Of a stretch of DNA of 64,000 nt, positions 19,661 through 46,884 are shown piece by piece. This stretch comes from the human T2T-CHM13v2.0 reference genome, Homo sapiens. Below the pieces are notes generated by a model that ran no database searches, had not been told where the DNA came from, and saw only the letters and a program-made list of their open reading frames with translations. Where the stretch lies: the NCBI GenBank assembly GCA_009914755.4, contig CP086569.2, forward strand, positions 832,001-896,000, in the 5' to 3' direction. How positions within the stretch are numbered: the stretch's first letter is position 1; each line of letters begins with the position of its first letter. The position numbers and the translations under genes are program-made.

Positions 19661-20500
19661 CCATCTCCTGCCCCCTCCCCCTGTGTATCTACTTGTGTAC
19701 TTACCTATCTATGGCAACCAGAGAGCTTTTACCCCCAGGAGATATTTTGCAATATCTGGTGGCAATTTTGGTTGTCACAACTGGGGAGGGGGTGGTCCTG
19801 GCACCTGGTGGGTGAAGCCCAGGGTCTCTGCTCAACACCATACAGTGCCCAGGACAGCCCCACCGCAGAGAATCCTCCATCCCCAAATGTCAGCAGAGCC
19901 TGGGCAGAGAGACCTTGAAATAGACAAGCATTAATTTCTCTCAGCTATAGATTTGATAACTTAACAAAATGTCTGTTCCTTGCCACCTCCTCTGATTTTT
20001 CGCTTTTACAGTTCCCCCAAATGGAACGCCATAACTAACCACAACCACAAATACACTCAGAGCTAAAGCCACATGGCCCCCTATTGGAGGAAAAGCAGGA
20101 CCCAAGAAACAATTCCTGGCGTCCAACTGACCTTTGCAGGTTTCGCTAGAACATTCAGAAGTCACTGTGGCTGTCCCCAGGGGCCCAGAGTCATTGTGAG
20201 AAGCTCAGAGAAGCAGGGGACCCCGCGGACAGCAGCTGGGCACGGGGTCCTTTGTGCAAAAGTCTTTCAAATTCAAATCTCCCTCCCTCCCCTGGGCTGT
20301 AAAATCCCTTCTCCCGCCAGTAACACAGCTCTCCCTGGATTTACAGCTGCAATGTTTACCACCAGCCTGCTGAGCTCACAGCTTAGAGCCAGGCTTACCC
20401 TTTCAGAGCGAATTTTCACTGAGGCCAGTTTACTTTCCAAGCAGCGACTCTGAGAATGTCTTCTAAGCTGTGGCATAACTGTCCAAGTGGTTCTTCCTGC

Positions 20501-20745
20501 CTGCTGAATAAAGACTCACAGCATTGCCGTAGACAAAGAATTTAAGAGACACAAGGCCGGCCATGCCATGTGGCAGGCGGAGTACCTACTCAAGGCTCAG
20601 AGATAGGGGTTTTTCAAAGGCAGTGTTGTTACCAGAAAGGGGTCTTGCTCCAGACCCCAAGAGAGGGTTCCTGGTCCTTGCACAAGAAACAATTCAGGGC
20701 GAGGCCATAGAGTAAAGTGAGAGCAAGTTTATGAAGAAAGTAGAG
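20501..20745 (+). mobile_element. Unclassified interspersed repeat (copy c), flanked together with the next Alu by ~36-bp direct repeats
   Basis: ggtcttgctccagaccccaagagagggttcctggtcc...aattcagggcgaggcca; direct repeats at 20463-20500 and 21019-21055. Confidence 0.45.
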
Positions 20746-20746
20746 G

Positions 20747-21950
<1,204 letters not shown>

Positions 21951-21956
21951 TTAAGA

Positions 21957-22209
21957 AGCGGGCGGATCACAAGATCCAGAGATTGAGAATAGCCTGGCTA
22001 ACACAGTGAAACTCCGTCACTACTAAAAATACAAAAAAATTAGCCGGGCGTGGTGGCAGGTGCATGTAGTCTCAGCTCCTCAGGAGGCTGAGGCAGGAGA
22101 ATGGTGTGAACCCAGGAGGCGGAGCTTGCAGTGAGCCGAGATCCCGCCACTGCACTCCAGCCTGGGCGACAGAGCGAGACCCTGTCTCAAAAAAAAAAAA
22201 AAAAAAAAA
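21957..22209 (+). mobile_element. Alu SINE, 5'-truncated, with poly-A
   Basis: gcgggcggatcacaagatccagagattgagaatagcctggctaacacagtgaaactccgtc... Confidence 0.85.
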
Positions 22210-22367
22210 TAGAGAAGCCTGTGGTCCTGTGGGATTTATAGATTTCATTTTGTAAATACATCAGTATTTCCCAAATTAAAATACAGCCTTAATCCCTGCA
22301 GAAACTTTTTTTTTTTCAGATCTGGGAATCAGTACACAGATTTCCAAATGTTTCTGTAGAAACATTA

Positions 22368-22968
<601 letters not shown>

Positions 22969-23294
22969 TTAAAAAAAAATCCAAGATTTCTGTGTGTCAC
23001 AAAATATTTACGAAATTAAAGGGAAGTTCAGAGACCACGTGGAAAATACATTCTAAACCAAAGCATCATTACTACACAAGGAGGTGTTTCAAATCAAACG
23101 TGAAGTTTCCCCCAATGAAAAAGTCAAACGGCACAAGATAAACGGTCGGAATCAACAGAACACGTTCGACTTCAGTAAAGATTACAGAAATACTTTCTTT
23201 AAAACAAGGAGACCTCACTTGAATTTTCTACATTGCATGCTTTTCTGCCCTCCAGAGCTGAAAACTCAGAAGCTTTGAAAATGCCCATTCTCTT

Positions 23295-23606
23295 GGCTGG
23301 GCGCGGTGGTTCACGCCTGTAGTCCCAGCACTTTGGGAGGCCGAGGCGGGTGGATCACCTGAGGTCAGGAGTTCGAGACCAGCCAGGCCAATATGGTGAA
23401 ACCCGTTCTCTACTAACAATACAAAAATTAGCTGGGTGTGGTGGCGGGCGCCTGTAGTCCCAGCTACTCAGGAGGCTGAGGCAGGAGAATCTCTTAGAAC
23501 CCGGGAGGTGGAGGTTGCGGTGAGCCGAGATCGCACCACTGCACTCCAGCCTGGGCGACAGAGCAAAAAAAAAAAAAAAAAGAAAGAAAGAAAAAGAAAA
23601 GAAAAT
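23295..23606 (+). mobile_element. Alu SINE with a poly-A/(GAAA)n tail and a ~19-bp TSD aaaatgcccat(t/c)c..ttgg
   Basis: TSD at 23279-23294 and 23602-23620. Confidence 0.9.
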
Positions 23607-23865
23607 GCCCATCCCGTTGGATCCAGGCATTGCATTTTTTACCAAGTGTTACAAAGTCAAAACAAGCAAGGAGAAATCACAGTAAAAAGAAAATTACACA
23701 GTGCAAACACGCCCAAAATGAGAAGCTTGTCTGTGCGGAAGGAGAGATGCTTTGTGTGCTTTAGAGATGTTTTACTTATATGGGTGAAAAATAGATATAT
23801 GTAAAAATAGAATATGTGAAAAATAGAATAAAATCACATATATGAGAAATAGAATTAAAAATGAC

Positions 23866-24228
<363 letters not shown>

Positions 24229-24518
24229 GCCAGGCGCGGTGGCTCATGCCTGTAATCCCAGCAATTTGGGAGGCCGAGGCAGGTGGATCATTTGAGGTCA
24301 GGAGTTCGAGATCAGCCTGGCCAACATGGTGAAACCCCGTCTCTATTAAAAATATAAAAATTAGCTGGGCATGGTGTCATACACCTGTAATCCCAGATAC
24401 TCAGGACGCTGACGCAGGAGAATCATTTGAACCCAGGAGGCAGAGGTTGCAGTGAGCCAAGATCATGCCACTGCACTTCTGCCTGGTCTCCAGAGCGAGA
24501 CTCCCTCCCAAAAAAAGT
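24229..24518 (+). mobile_element. Alu SINE
   Basis: agccaggcgcggtggctcatgcctgtaatcccagcaatttgggaggccgaggcaggtggatcatttgaggtcaggagttcgagatc. Confidence 0.9.
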
Positions 24519-24685
24519 TGCAGCGAGAGAGAACGGACAAACAGAGGAGTCAGGAGAAGCCATGGGGAAGAGAGAATGGAAGAAAGAGGCTCAAACTCAG
24601 ACCCTGGAGAAGGAGAGGGGCAGGGTTGGCCACCCACAACCGTATCCACAGTCCAGAGAATGCTGTAGTTACAAGATACAAATAG

Positions 24686-25066
<381 letters not shown>

Positions 25067-25745
25067 TAAACAATTAAGTGTTCAGCAGTGGATGACTTCA
25101 GCAATGAGTTAGAAGACGACCGAGCAGAGGTGAAGGAGATGTCATTCCATTTCCTCGTCCAGGCTGGCTGTCCGGCCTCCCCGCGTCCCTCGGAAGACGA
25201 TGCTGAAATCCCGTTGTGTCTATGGCGATGGCAGACGGGGGACAGCCAGATTCTGAAGGCGTCCCCGGCTACATCTGTTCCCATTTTCTCCTCGGCCGGG
25301 CCATACCAGCGGGAGCGGAAATTCAGTTTTAATAACACAGACCCCCCAAACCCATTTCTGAAGGCAGTTTGTGGGGTGACCTCAGTGTGGATTGTAAATA
25401 TAAAATTCATATGTGCTGGGCTTCCTGACTGTAATTACCTATCAAAAGTTTCAGGGTTTCAGTGAAATTCCTTATGAAACAACAAATAGTCTCACGGTGG
25501 AATCTCACCCCCACCTCTCCCTCTCTACATGCCTGGGACAGAGAATTGATTCTTACGTTTCATGCACAGGACAGACAAGTGTATTTGGTATTTTAATCCC
25601 ATCCCAAGATGTCTGTGTGGAGTTAATTTTCCTCATGGAATATTTCCTTTCTGCTCATGTGCTGCAGGAGAACAGCTACCCACGACTCTCCAGGCAGTGT
25701 GGCAGGAGGAGAGAGAAGGGCAGGCTCTGCAGAATTCTTCGTCTT

Positions 25746-27053
<1,308 letters not shown>

Positions 27054-27400
27054 ACTTTTCTTCATGACTGAGTTTTTGGTGCTCTTTTAAACTATATATA
27101 TACTATATATATATAATAAAATATATATTTTAAGTCATATATATAAAATATATGTAATAAAATTTAAATATTTGTATTTTCTTTATGCTAGAACCAATTA
27201 AATTATATATAATGATTATATTCTCATATTAAATCTTAAATTCTCTTAAATTATAAGAATTCCACTGGTTCTAGCATTAAGAGAAGACGAATGTTTAAGG
27301 TGACAGATATCCCAAGTGAACTGATTTGATTTTTACAAAGTACCCTTAAATTATGCACCTTTTCTTTTATGCATCAAGTTTTCTTTTATGCATCAAAGGA

Positions 27401-28111
<711 letters not shown>

Positions 28112-28383
28112 TTATATATTCAGAGACATCATTTCAGCCACCTCTGTTTCCTCTGCCGTCAAATACATGACTGGAGGTAGCTTCTGAAAGTCCTCAGCCG
28201 TAACGATCCAGCAGGCTCATTAATAGAGACGGAACGGATCATCACTCGCTTACTTATCGGGTACAAATTGAAATCTTCAGAGTCCCGGCTGGTTCATTAG
28301 CAAATCAGGCCTCTGTGGGACAACATGATACATTGCCTAATAAGCAATTAATAGATTCCTCAGTTATTTGATGCATGCACTTT

Positions 28384-28400
28384 GTGTGTGTGTGTGTGTG

Positions 28401-28434
<34 letters not shown>

Positions 28435-28436
28435 GT
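28384..28436. repeat. (GT)n microsatellite
   Basis: tgtgtgtgtgtgtgtgtgtgcgtgtgtgtgtg... Confidence 0.95.
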
Positions 28437-28629
28437 TGGAGCCAGGCGGAACGAGGTCCTGTCCACAACTTTAGCCATTGTGGTATCTGATTAGAATTGA
28501 CCATTCAATGTCAAATGAATTCCGATGCATCCTAACGGCGGATGTCACTGGCCTAAGGACCCCCCAGTTAAGCCACCTGCCCCATCCTACGTGGACATCT
28601 GCTGTTTTTTTGGTTAGTTGGTTTGTTTG

Positions 28630-28917
<288 letters not shown>

Positions 28918-29213
28918 GATGTCCACTCTTAAATACAGGTGCACTTTCCAGGTTGACCCTTCTGGCTGGTGGACTTACAGGTGCAGCAAATCCCATTATT
29001 TCATTCCTTTCATTGCTTAACTCTCCTACTGAGTCCTCAAAGTCCATTATATCATTCTCATGCCTTTGCGTCCTCATAGCTTAGTTCCTACTTATAAATG
29101 AGAACATAATGATGATTGATTTTCCATTCCTGAGTTACTTCCCTTAGAATCATGGCCTCCAGCTCCATCCAGGTTGCTGCAAATGCCATCATTTCATTCC
29201 TTCTTATGGCTGA

Positions 29214-29636
<423 letters not shown>

Positions 29637-29793
29637 GGGCACCAGATTCAAAAGGGTGCCAAAAACTGAGTCACTGAGACAAGTAATAATTTATTGCAAT
29701 GATTTTGAAAAATCCAGGAGAATGCCGCAAGTCTGCAATGAACACGGCAGCCACATCTTAAAGAAACAGGTGCAGGTAAAGACAGGTAGAAGC

Positions 29794-30098
29794 GGCTGGC
29801 CGTGGTGGCTCACACCTGTAATCCCAGCACTTTGGGAGGCCAAGGCGAGGCACGAGGATCTCTTGAGCCCAGCAGTTTGAGACCAGCCTGGCCAACGTAG
29901 CAAGACCCCATCTCTACAAAAACTGTGACACATTAAGTGCGCATGATGGCATGAGCCTGTAATCTGAGCTACTTGGGAGGTTGAGGTGGGAGGAGGGCTT
30001 GAGCCCAGGAGGTCAAGGCTGCAGTGAACTGTGACTGAGCCTCTGCACTCCAGCCTGGGTGACGGGGACCCTGTTGTCTAAAAATAAAAATCAAGAGA
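29794..30098 (+). mobile_element. Older Alu (AluJ/S-like)
   Basis: ggctggccgtggtggctcacacctgtaatcccagcactttgggaggccaaggcgaggcacgaggatctcttgagcccagcagtttgagaccagcctggccaacgtagcaagacc. Confidence 0.85.
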
Positions 30099-30220
30099 AA
30101 TCCAACAACGGTGTGATTAACACAACATGGCAACATTTCATAAGTAGTCAGACGCATGTACATACAGATAGGGGAACTTACTGAGTCCTACCTGGGCTTA
30201 AGGACGGAAAAATACCCTGA

Positions 30221-31288
<1,068 letters not shown>

Positions 31289-31757
31289 TAACCGTCTTCT
31301 CACTCTACTTGGCAGGTGTTTCTTCTATTTTAGTAGCTGGAGTTTTTGAGTCCTCTGAACTTTTGGAGCAGGTGCCTCTCTGGACGTAACCATCTTCTTA
31401 CTCTACTTGGCAGGTGTTTCTTCTATTTTAGGAGCTGGAGTTTTTGAGTCCTCTGAACTTTTGGAGCAGGCGCTGCCTTCTGGCCTGCGGCTTTCTGGGA
31501 AAGAATCTTCTGGGCTGTAGCCTTCTTACGCACGGCGGTCATCTTTTTCGCTGGAACTTTACCAGCAGCTGCAGCTGCAGCCGTACCCCTTAGCAGCAGG
31601 TGCCTTTTTGGAAGAAGCTTTCAGGAGGGCTGCCTTTTGAAGCGTCTTAACTTTATTCTTGATAATTCTGTTCCTCATTTTCTTTGCCTTCATAACTTTA
31701 AAATGATCCAAATCTGTCGTCTTGGCTTTTTGGAGAAGCTTTCAGGAGAGCTGCCTT

Positions 31758-32052
31758 TCGAAGCTTCTTTTTTTTGAGATGGAGTCTTGCTCTGTCACCC
31801 AGGCTGGAGTGCAATGGCACCATCTCAGTTCACTGCAACCTCTGCCTCCCGGTTTAAGCGATTCTCCTGCCTCAGCCTCCCGAGTAGCTGGGATTACAGG
31901 CACCCGCCACCACGCCCAGCTCATTTTTGTATTTTTAGTAGAGACGGGGTTTCACCATGTTGGCCAGGCTGGTCTCGAACTCCTGACCCCAGGTGATCCA
32001 CCCGCCTCGGCCTCCCAAAGTGCTGGGATTACAGGCGTGAGCCATTGTGCCC
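31758..32052 (-). mobile_element. Alu SINE inserted in the RPL14 pseudogene coding region; TSD gaagcttc
   Basis: ...ctttcgaagcttc + poly-T Alu ... cccgg + ggtcttgaagcttcttcatttc; the pseudogene reading frame continues on both sides. Confidence 0.9.
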
Positions 32053-32475
32053 GGGGTCTTGAAGCTTCTTCATTTCATTCCTGATGGTTGTGTTCCCATG
32101 TTCTTTGCTTGCATAACTTTAAAACGATTGAACTGTGTCATTTTGCCTTTCCTTTCTCTGGCTTCCATCTTCTTGGCCCCTCGTCTGGCTGCCCATTCTG
32201 TGTTGATGTGTAGCTTCTGCCAGGCCTGTCGGACGTACCTCTGGCGGGCGCGGTGTGGAAGCTTGAGGAGGAAATCTGTGAGCTGCCTGTGCTTGAAAGG
32301 CATGGCCTGTCTCCTCCTTTGAGTGCACGGTCCATCAACCAAAGCCCTCTTCCCATCAATAACATCTGTAGTCGCGACCGGTTTTCCAGCATGAGGTCCA
32401 AAGCAGACGTAGGCCACCCGGGCAACCTCCACGAACTCCCTGAACACCATGTTGGCGGCCTTAGGCGAGAAGGTT

Positions 32476-33465
32476 AATCTTTTATTTTTAATTGGCAAAT
32501 AATAATTATGTATGTGTTTAGGGTATAACGATATGTTTTCATCAATGTGGGAAGGATTAAATCAAGTTAACGCACCTGCCACCTCACCTACCTATTATCA
32601 CCGTGTGTTTTCTTGTTTTTTTGGTGGTGGTGTTCCTTTTTGAGATGGAGTCTTGCTCTGTCACCCAGGCTGGAGTGCAGTGGCACAGTCGCAGCTCACT
32701 GCAACCCCCATCTCCTGGGTTCAAGCAGTTCTCTTCCTCAGCCACTTTAAAACGATCCAAATCTGTCATCTTGGATTTTTGGAGACGCTTTCAGGAGAAC
32801 TGCCTTTGGAAGCTTTTTTTTTTTTTTTTTTGAGATGGAGTCTCGCTCTGTTGCCCAGGCTGGAGTGAAATGGCACCACACCTCAGGTGGTCTGTCCACC
32901 TTGGCCTCCCAAAGTGCTGGGATTACAGGCATGAGCCACCATGCCCAGACTCATCTCATCTGAGGTCAGGAGTTTGAGACCAGCCTGGCCAACATGGAGA
33001 AACCCTGTCTCTACTAAAAATACAAAATTAAATTTTGAGATGGGGTCTCGCTCTGTCACCCAGGCTGGAGTGCAGTGATGCAATCTCAGCTCGCTGCAAC
33101 CTCCACCTCCCGGGTTCAAGCGATTCTCTGCCTCAGCCTCCCGAGTAGCTGGAACTACAGGCACCCACCACCAAGACCGGCGAATTTTTGTATTTTTAGT
33201 AGAGACGGGGTTTCACCATGTTGGCCAGGCTGGTCTCGAACTCCTGATTTCGTGACCCACCTGCCTCGACTTCCCAAAGTGCTGAGATTACAGGCATGAG
33301 CCACTGCGCCCGGCTACTACTTTATTTTTAATTGGCAAATAATTATGTATGCGTCCAGGGTGTCATGTTATGTTTTCATCGATGTGCGCAATGTGTAATG
33401 GTTAAATCACGTTGACACACCCACCGTCTCACCTCCTTATTATCACTGTGAGTTTTTTAATGGTG
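32476..33465. repeat. Local segmental duplication: ~160-bp flank 32476-32640 recurs at 33310-33465; between the copies lie Alu fragments (32618-32745, 32816-32950, 33031-33314 minus; 32951-33030 plus) and a 70-bp RPL14 fragment (32746-32815) repeating the ...LLKASPK|AKMTDFDRFKV junction
   Basis: ttatttttaattggcaaataat...ttcatc(a/g)atgtg...ttatcac(c/t)gtg found twice at ~85% identity; the RPL14 junction string aagcttc.aaaggcag.tctcctgaaagc.tctccaaaaa.ccaaga.gacagatttggatc.ttttaaagt appears at 32745-32815 and 31690-31757. Confidence 0.75.
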
Positions 33466-33541
33466 GGAACATTCAAAAATTACTCTTTCAATGCAAAATC
33501 GATCACAAAAGCTGTCTAAGTTCTGTAAAAATATTTCCCGC

Positions 33542-34081
<540 letters not shown>

Positions 34082-34195
34082 CTATAGTTTGAGCTACTTA
34101 CTGACAATCCCTTCTTGCAAACGCTCAACACAGAATTGCTGAGACCGTTAGAACATCACAGAGCCCTCCCTCTGTGTTTCATGAATCTTGCCTCT

Positions 34196-34335
34196 TTCTG
34201 TTTTTTTATTTTTTGTAGAGATGTGGCGGGGGGGCTCTCACTATGTTGCCCAGGCTGGTCTCAAACCTCTGGCCTCAAGCCATCCTCCTGCCTCAGCCTT
34301 ACAAAGTGCTGGGATCACAAGCATGAGTCGCCGCT
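34196..34335 (-). mobile_element. Alu right-monomer (FRAM-like) fragment
   Basis: tttgtagagatgtggcgggggggctctcactatgttgcccaggctggtctcaaacctctggcctcaagc. Confidence 0.75.
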
Positions 34336-34399
34336 GCACGGATGAATCGTGCGTCTTTTTACCTGCAACCATGTCCATCAACCCTCGTCGGTGTTAGTC

Positions 34400-35230
34400 A
34401 ATATTATCAAACATTATTATTGTTGTTATTAAATATTAAATAATTATTATTAAATATTAACTAAATACTTAATTTATATTTAATATTATTATATTATATT
34501 TGTTGTTTATTATATATTATATTATAAAAATATCAAGTGATGTTAAATGAATTACATATTAATTAAATTTAATTTATATTTAATTAATATTTAATCAATA
34601 TTTCTATTGATTTATATTTCTATTTTATATTGCACATATTGCAATATGCATATAGATGCATATCTATTGCATAGATGTATATGCATAGCTATATATGCAT
34701 ATAAAAATATATGGATATATGCAAATATATGGATATATAGATATATGCATGTTTATATTTTAATTAAATATTTAATTATTAATATTAAATAGTATTAAAT
34801 ACTTAATTATTAATATTAAATATTATTAAATACTTAATTATTAATATTAAATATTATTAAATATTTAATATTAATATTAAATATTATTGAATATTTAATA
34901 TTAATATTAAATAAATATTAATGTTTATTATTAGATATTAATTAAACATTTAATTTATATTTAGTTAATATTTAATCAATATTTCTATTTATTTATATTT
35001 CTACTTTATATTGCATACATTGCAATATGCATATATAGCTATGCATATATATCTATGCAATAGATATGCATCTATATGCATATACAAATATATGGATATA
35101 TGCAAATATATGGATATATAGATATATGAATGTTTATATTTTAATTAAATATTTAATTAATATCTAATAATAATCACGAATATTTAATATTGATAATTAA
35201 ATACTAATTATTAAATATTTAATTACCATA
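34400..35230. repeat. AT-rich block: two ~230-bp direct copies (34560-34790 and 34930-35160) separated by a ~21-bp tandem repeat (tattaaatacttaattattaa)n; rich in short AT palindromes
   Basis: The string atttaatttatatttaattaatatttaatcaatatttctatt...ttgcaatatgcatat...atatggatatatgcaaatatatggatatatagatatatg occurs twice. Confidence 0.85.
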
Positions 35231-35577
35231 TAAACAGAAGCATATATATTCAATGTTGTTCAACATTTTCCGCACCCTCACCACTTTCACAGCCGATCCA
35301 GTCATATGTTTTGATGTCAGGGGACCCCCTCCCCAGTATCCCTCTCTCTCATTGCTAAGTGCCCACACCAAGGTGACCCGGGGACCCCCACTGTCACAGG
35401 CCTGGATTGTGACGGAGTCTGAAGCATTCGCCGTTGGTGGGGCACGCTCAGGTGATCAGCGGGACGTGAGTGTGGATGGCGGGACAGCCAGGAGACAGAC
35501 GATGTCTCCTGTAATACAGCATGAGCACAGGAGAAAAGAAAAAAAAGAAAGGAAAGAAAGAAAAGAAAGAAAGATCA

Positions 35578-36300
<723 letters not shown>

Positions 36301-36798
36301 AGATATATGATCAACACAATGTAAATTAGACAATTTATAGTCACACAGCATCCTCCGCGACCTCACCCACAGTGGGAGAGAAAAATTAAAAAAAAAAAAA
36401 AACAGTTTTAGGATGATCCCCATGAAATTGTCAAAACCAGCCGCCTTCTAAATATCTGACTGTGGCTGTCAGAAAACAGACTTCAGAGAAGAATACAAAT
36501 CATTGTATCCAGCCATAATAATGGAGTTCAAAGCTGAGAGGCTATGAAAAATTCATCGTGTGTCTACTTGAAACGAGGGATGTAAATTATGCCACTTTGT
36601 CTATATTTGTACAATATGTTCTCGTTGGCAAATACGGGATCTGATCATTGTTTCGTTAAATACCTGACAATTCTGTAACAGTTGCAAAGACGGGTGCTTA
36701 AATCAGCGTTTCCCACTCTAGGACGGCAAGAAAACAAAAATAAAGAAATAAAACAGGGTCAGAAAGAATGAGAGCCGGGGGAACCTTTATCTAAATCA

Positions 36799-37698
<900 letters not shown>

Positions 37699-37861
37699 CG
37701 TAATTGCTCCAAATTCTTAAGTCACATGAACACCAGATGCAAGTACTCATACCTCAGACAAGGCAAGAAATTATTATTTTTCCTGCTGACTAAGAAATTC
37801 TCATAGCAAAGTATCCCTTGAGTAATATAGCCTGGTTATTCCAGTTTGCATATGTTTTGTT

Positions 37862-38158
37862 TTTTTGAGACGGTGTCTCACTCTGTCACCCAGGCTGGAG
37901 TGCCGTGGCTTGATCTCGGCTTGCTGCAAGCTCCGCCTCGTAAATATGATTCTCCTGCTTCAGCCTCCTGAGTAGCTGGCATTTTAGGCGCCCGCCACCA
38001 CACCCGGCTAATTTTTGTATTTTTTGTTTGTTTGTTTTTAATACAGACCAGGTTTTACCATGCTGGCCACGTTGGTCTCGAACTCCTGACCTCAAGTAAT
38101 CTGCCTGCTTCGGCCTCCCAAAGTGCTGGGATTACAGGTGTGAGCCACCGTGCCCAGC
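37862..38158 (-). mobile_element. Alu SINE
   Basis: ttttttgagacggtgtctcactctgtcacccaggctggagtgccgtggcttgatctcggcttgctgcaagctccgcc. Confidence 0.9.
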
Positions 38159-38309
38159 CTTCCAGTTTGCATATCTTGCTGATAGGTTTAATTAGCTGAA
38201 TGAGCCCAATTTGATAATGCAGCTGGGCAATATTGCTTTCCTGCTGCAGAGAGGGTCATAGATGAAATGACATCTATCCTCGGTATCCAAGGCAGCTGGA
38301 TACGTTCTG

Positions 38310-39537
<1,228 letters not shown>

Positions 39538-39833
39538 TAACAGCACCATTGCACAGCTCATGAGCGCTACAGAAAACACATGTTAAATGTTTTCCACCAA
39601 ATTTTGGCTTTTTATTGCGGTTGAAAATAAACAAGTACCAGAAAATCAGATCTTTTTGTAAAATGTTAAACACACATTATGGGTAATGTACACGCCTGTG
39701 GCTTCCTGTACGGCCACAGGGTAATTGAATTTGATTCGAGTTCATTTACTCCTGCCAAATCAAGCCCCACCGAACAGGTGTTAGATGTTGTTAGAGATTC
39801 AGCTTTGAAATGTCCATTTCTCTCTTCCTTTCA

Positions 39834-40272
<439 letters not shown>

Positions 40273-40313
40273 TCATGGGCATCGCCTTATTTTCCATTGT
40301 TACTGCTTATTGA

Positions 40314-41209
<896 letters not shown>

Positions 41210-41212
41210 CCA

Positions 41213-41352
41213 AGAGAGGGTGTTGTCTTTTTGCCCAAGCTGGAGTGTAGTGGCGTGATCACACCTCACTGCAGCCTCAACTTCCTGGGCTAAAGGGATC
41301 CTCCAGCCTCAGCCTCCCAAGTAGCAGGGAATCCAGGTGTGAGCCGCTGTGC
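41213..41352 (-). mobile_element. Old Alu fragment
   Basis: ttgcccaagctggagtgtagtggcgtgatcacacctcactgcagcctcaacttcctgggctaaagggatcctccagcctcagcctcccaagtagcagggaatccagg. Confidence 0.7.
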
Positions 41353-45045
<3,693 letters not shown>

Positions 45046-45137
45046 AAAGTTTACATAGTGCAAAGAAAAAAAGCATAATTATTTTCATAGTCATTAACTA
45101 GAGAATAAGACAGAGACTAATAGAGACACAAAAGTCA

Positions 45138-45521
<384 letters not shown>

Positions 45522-45759
45522 CTACCATGAACAATATCAGGGGTTGGGGTGAGGGTGGGGGAGGATTATTTTATAATAACACAATATCCGGCTCTGAATT
45601 CAACAGTCAATTAAAAACATATTACGTAATTTCCCTTCTATCAGGATCTGCAGACTACGCTTTCACTTCTTTCTTGTCGGCTAGTCCTTCCAAAGGTAGG
45701 ATATTTCTCTCTTACAAACCATGCCCTGTGCTTCGGGGACCCGTAAAATATGTCTTTAA

Positions 45760-46096
<337 letters not shown>

Positions 46097-46884
46097 CAAA
46101 AAAATCACCCGAACTCTTTTTAACGTTTGGAAAGAAGTCCCTGGTTGTGTTCCATCTGTTGGAGGCACCATGATGGAATGGGAACCATCTGTGCTAAATG
46201 CACCCGTCTTCATCTTTCACAACAAATCCGTCTGGCCTCTTGCTGTGCTCGTGAGCTCTCTGCAGAGAAAGCTTGTTCATCCCGGCTCTTTTCTACTCAG
46301 CTCACATTCAGGATCCTGCAGACCTGGGATAATCTCTTCTGGAGGAGGGTCTTTTCCAAATCTTTGATCTCCCTGTTTTATTTATCTGTCCTGATCCAAC
46401 ACGTGGGGCCCCCCATTCGTGCATGAGCCTGGGGACTGCTTTCCCGAGAGGCCTCCACCGCCGAGTCTGAAGCGGTCGTCTAATCCTCAGGCAAAAGAAC
46501 TTCCCGCTTTTATAAGCAGGAAAAACTGCACCCCGGGTTCTAATACCGCGATCTGTGTCTTTTCCGAGGCTGACTTGGTGAGGATATTACTCAGCCTAAT
46601 AACCATGTCAATATTAGGTCAATAATATCCCGCACCTGTGATAACTTCGGCCTGCCAGGCAGAAATTTGCCGTGGTGATCAAAAGACATTCTCCCAAGGC
46701 AAACATTGGAAATTAATGTTTTAAAAACCGGTTCTGATGCCAGAAGGAAAGGCTGTTTTAGAAAGACAACCAGCGTTCTAGGGGGGAAAGATGGTCCCCG
46801 GTGAAATGCACGGATTACCCACGACAAATACGGAATTGGATGTTGCCAGTAAATGAAGAGAGCTGTTTGGAAAAGGCTGGTGAA

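Noticed and set aside
32070-32498. 142-aa [42 protein letters not shown]… as a functional RPL14-like gene
   Set aside because: It is intronless and starts with a non-RPL14 extension. It carries substitutions and a premature stop in the KMTDFDRFKV region. It is split by an Alu and internally duplicated, so it is a dead processed pseudogene, not a paralogue.
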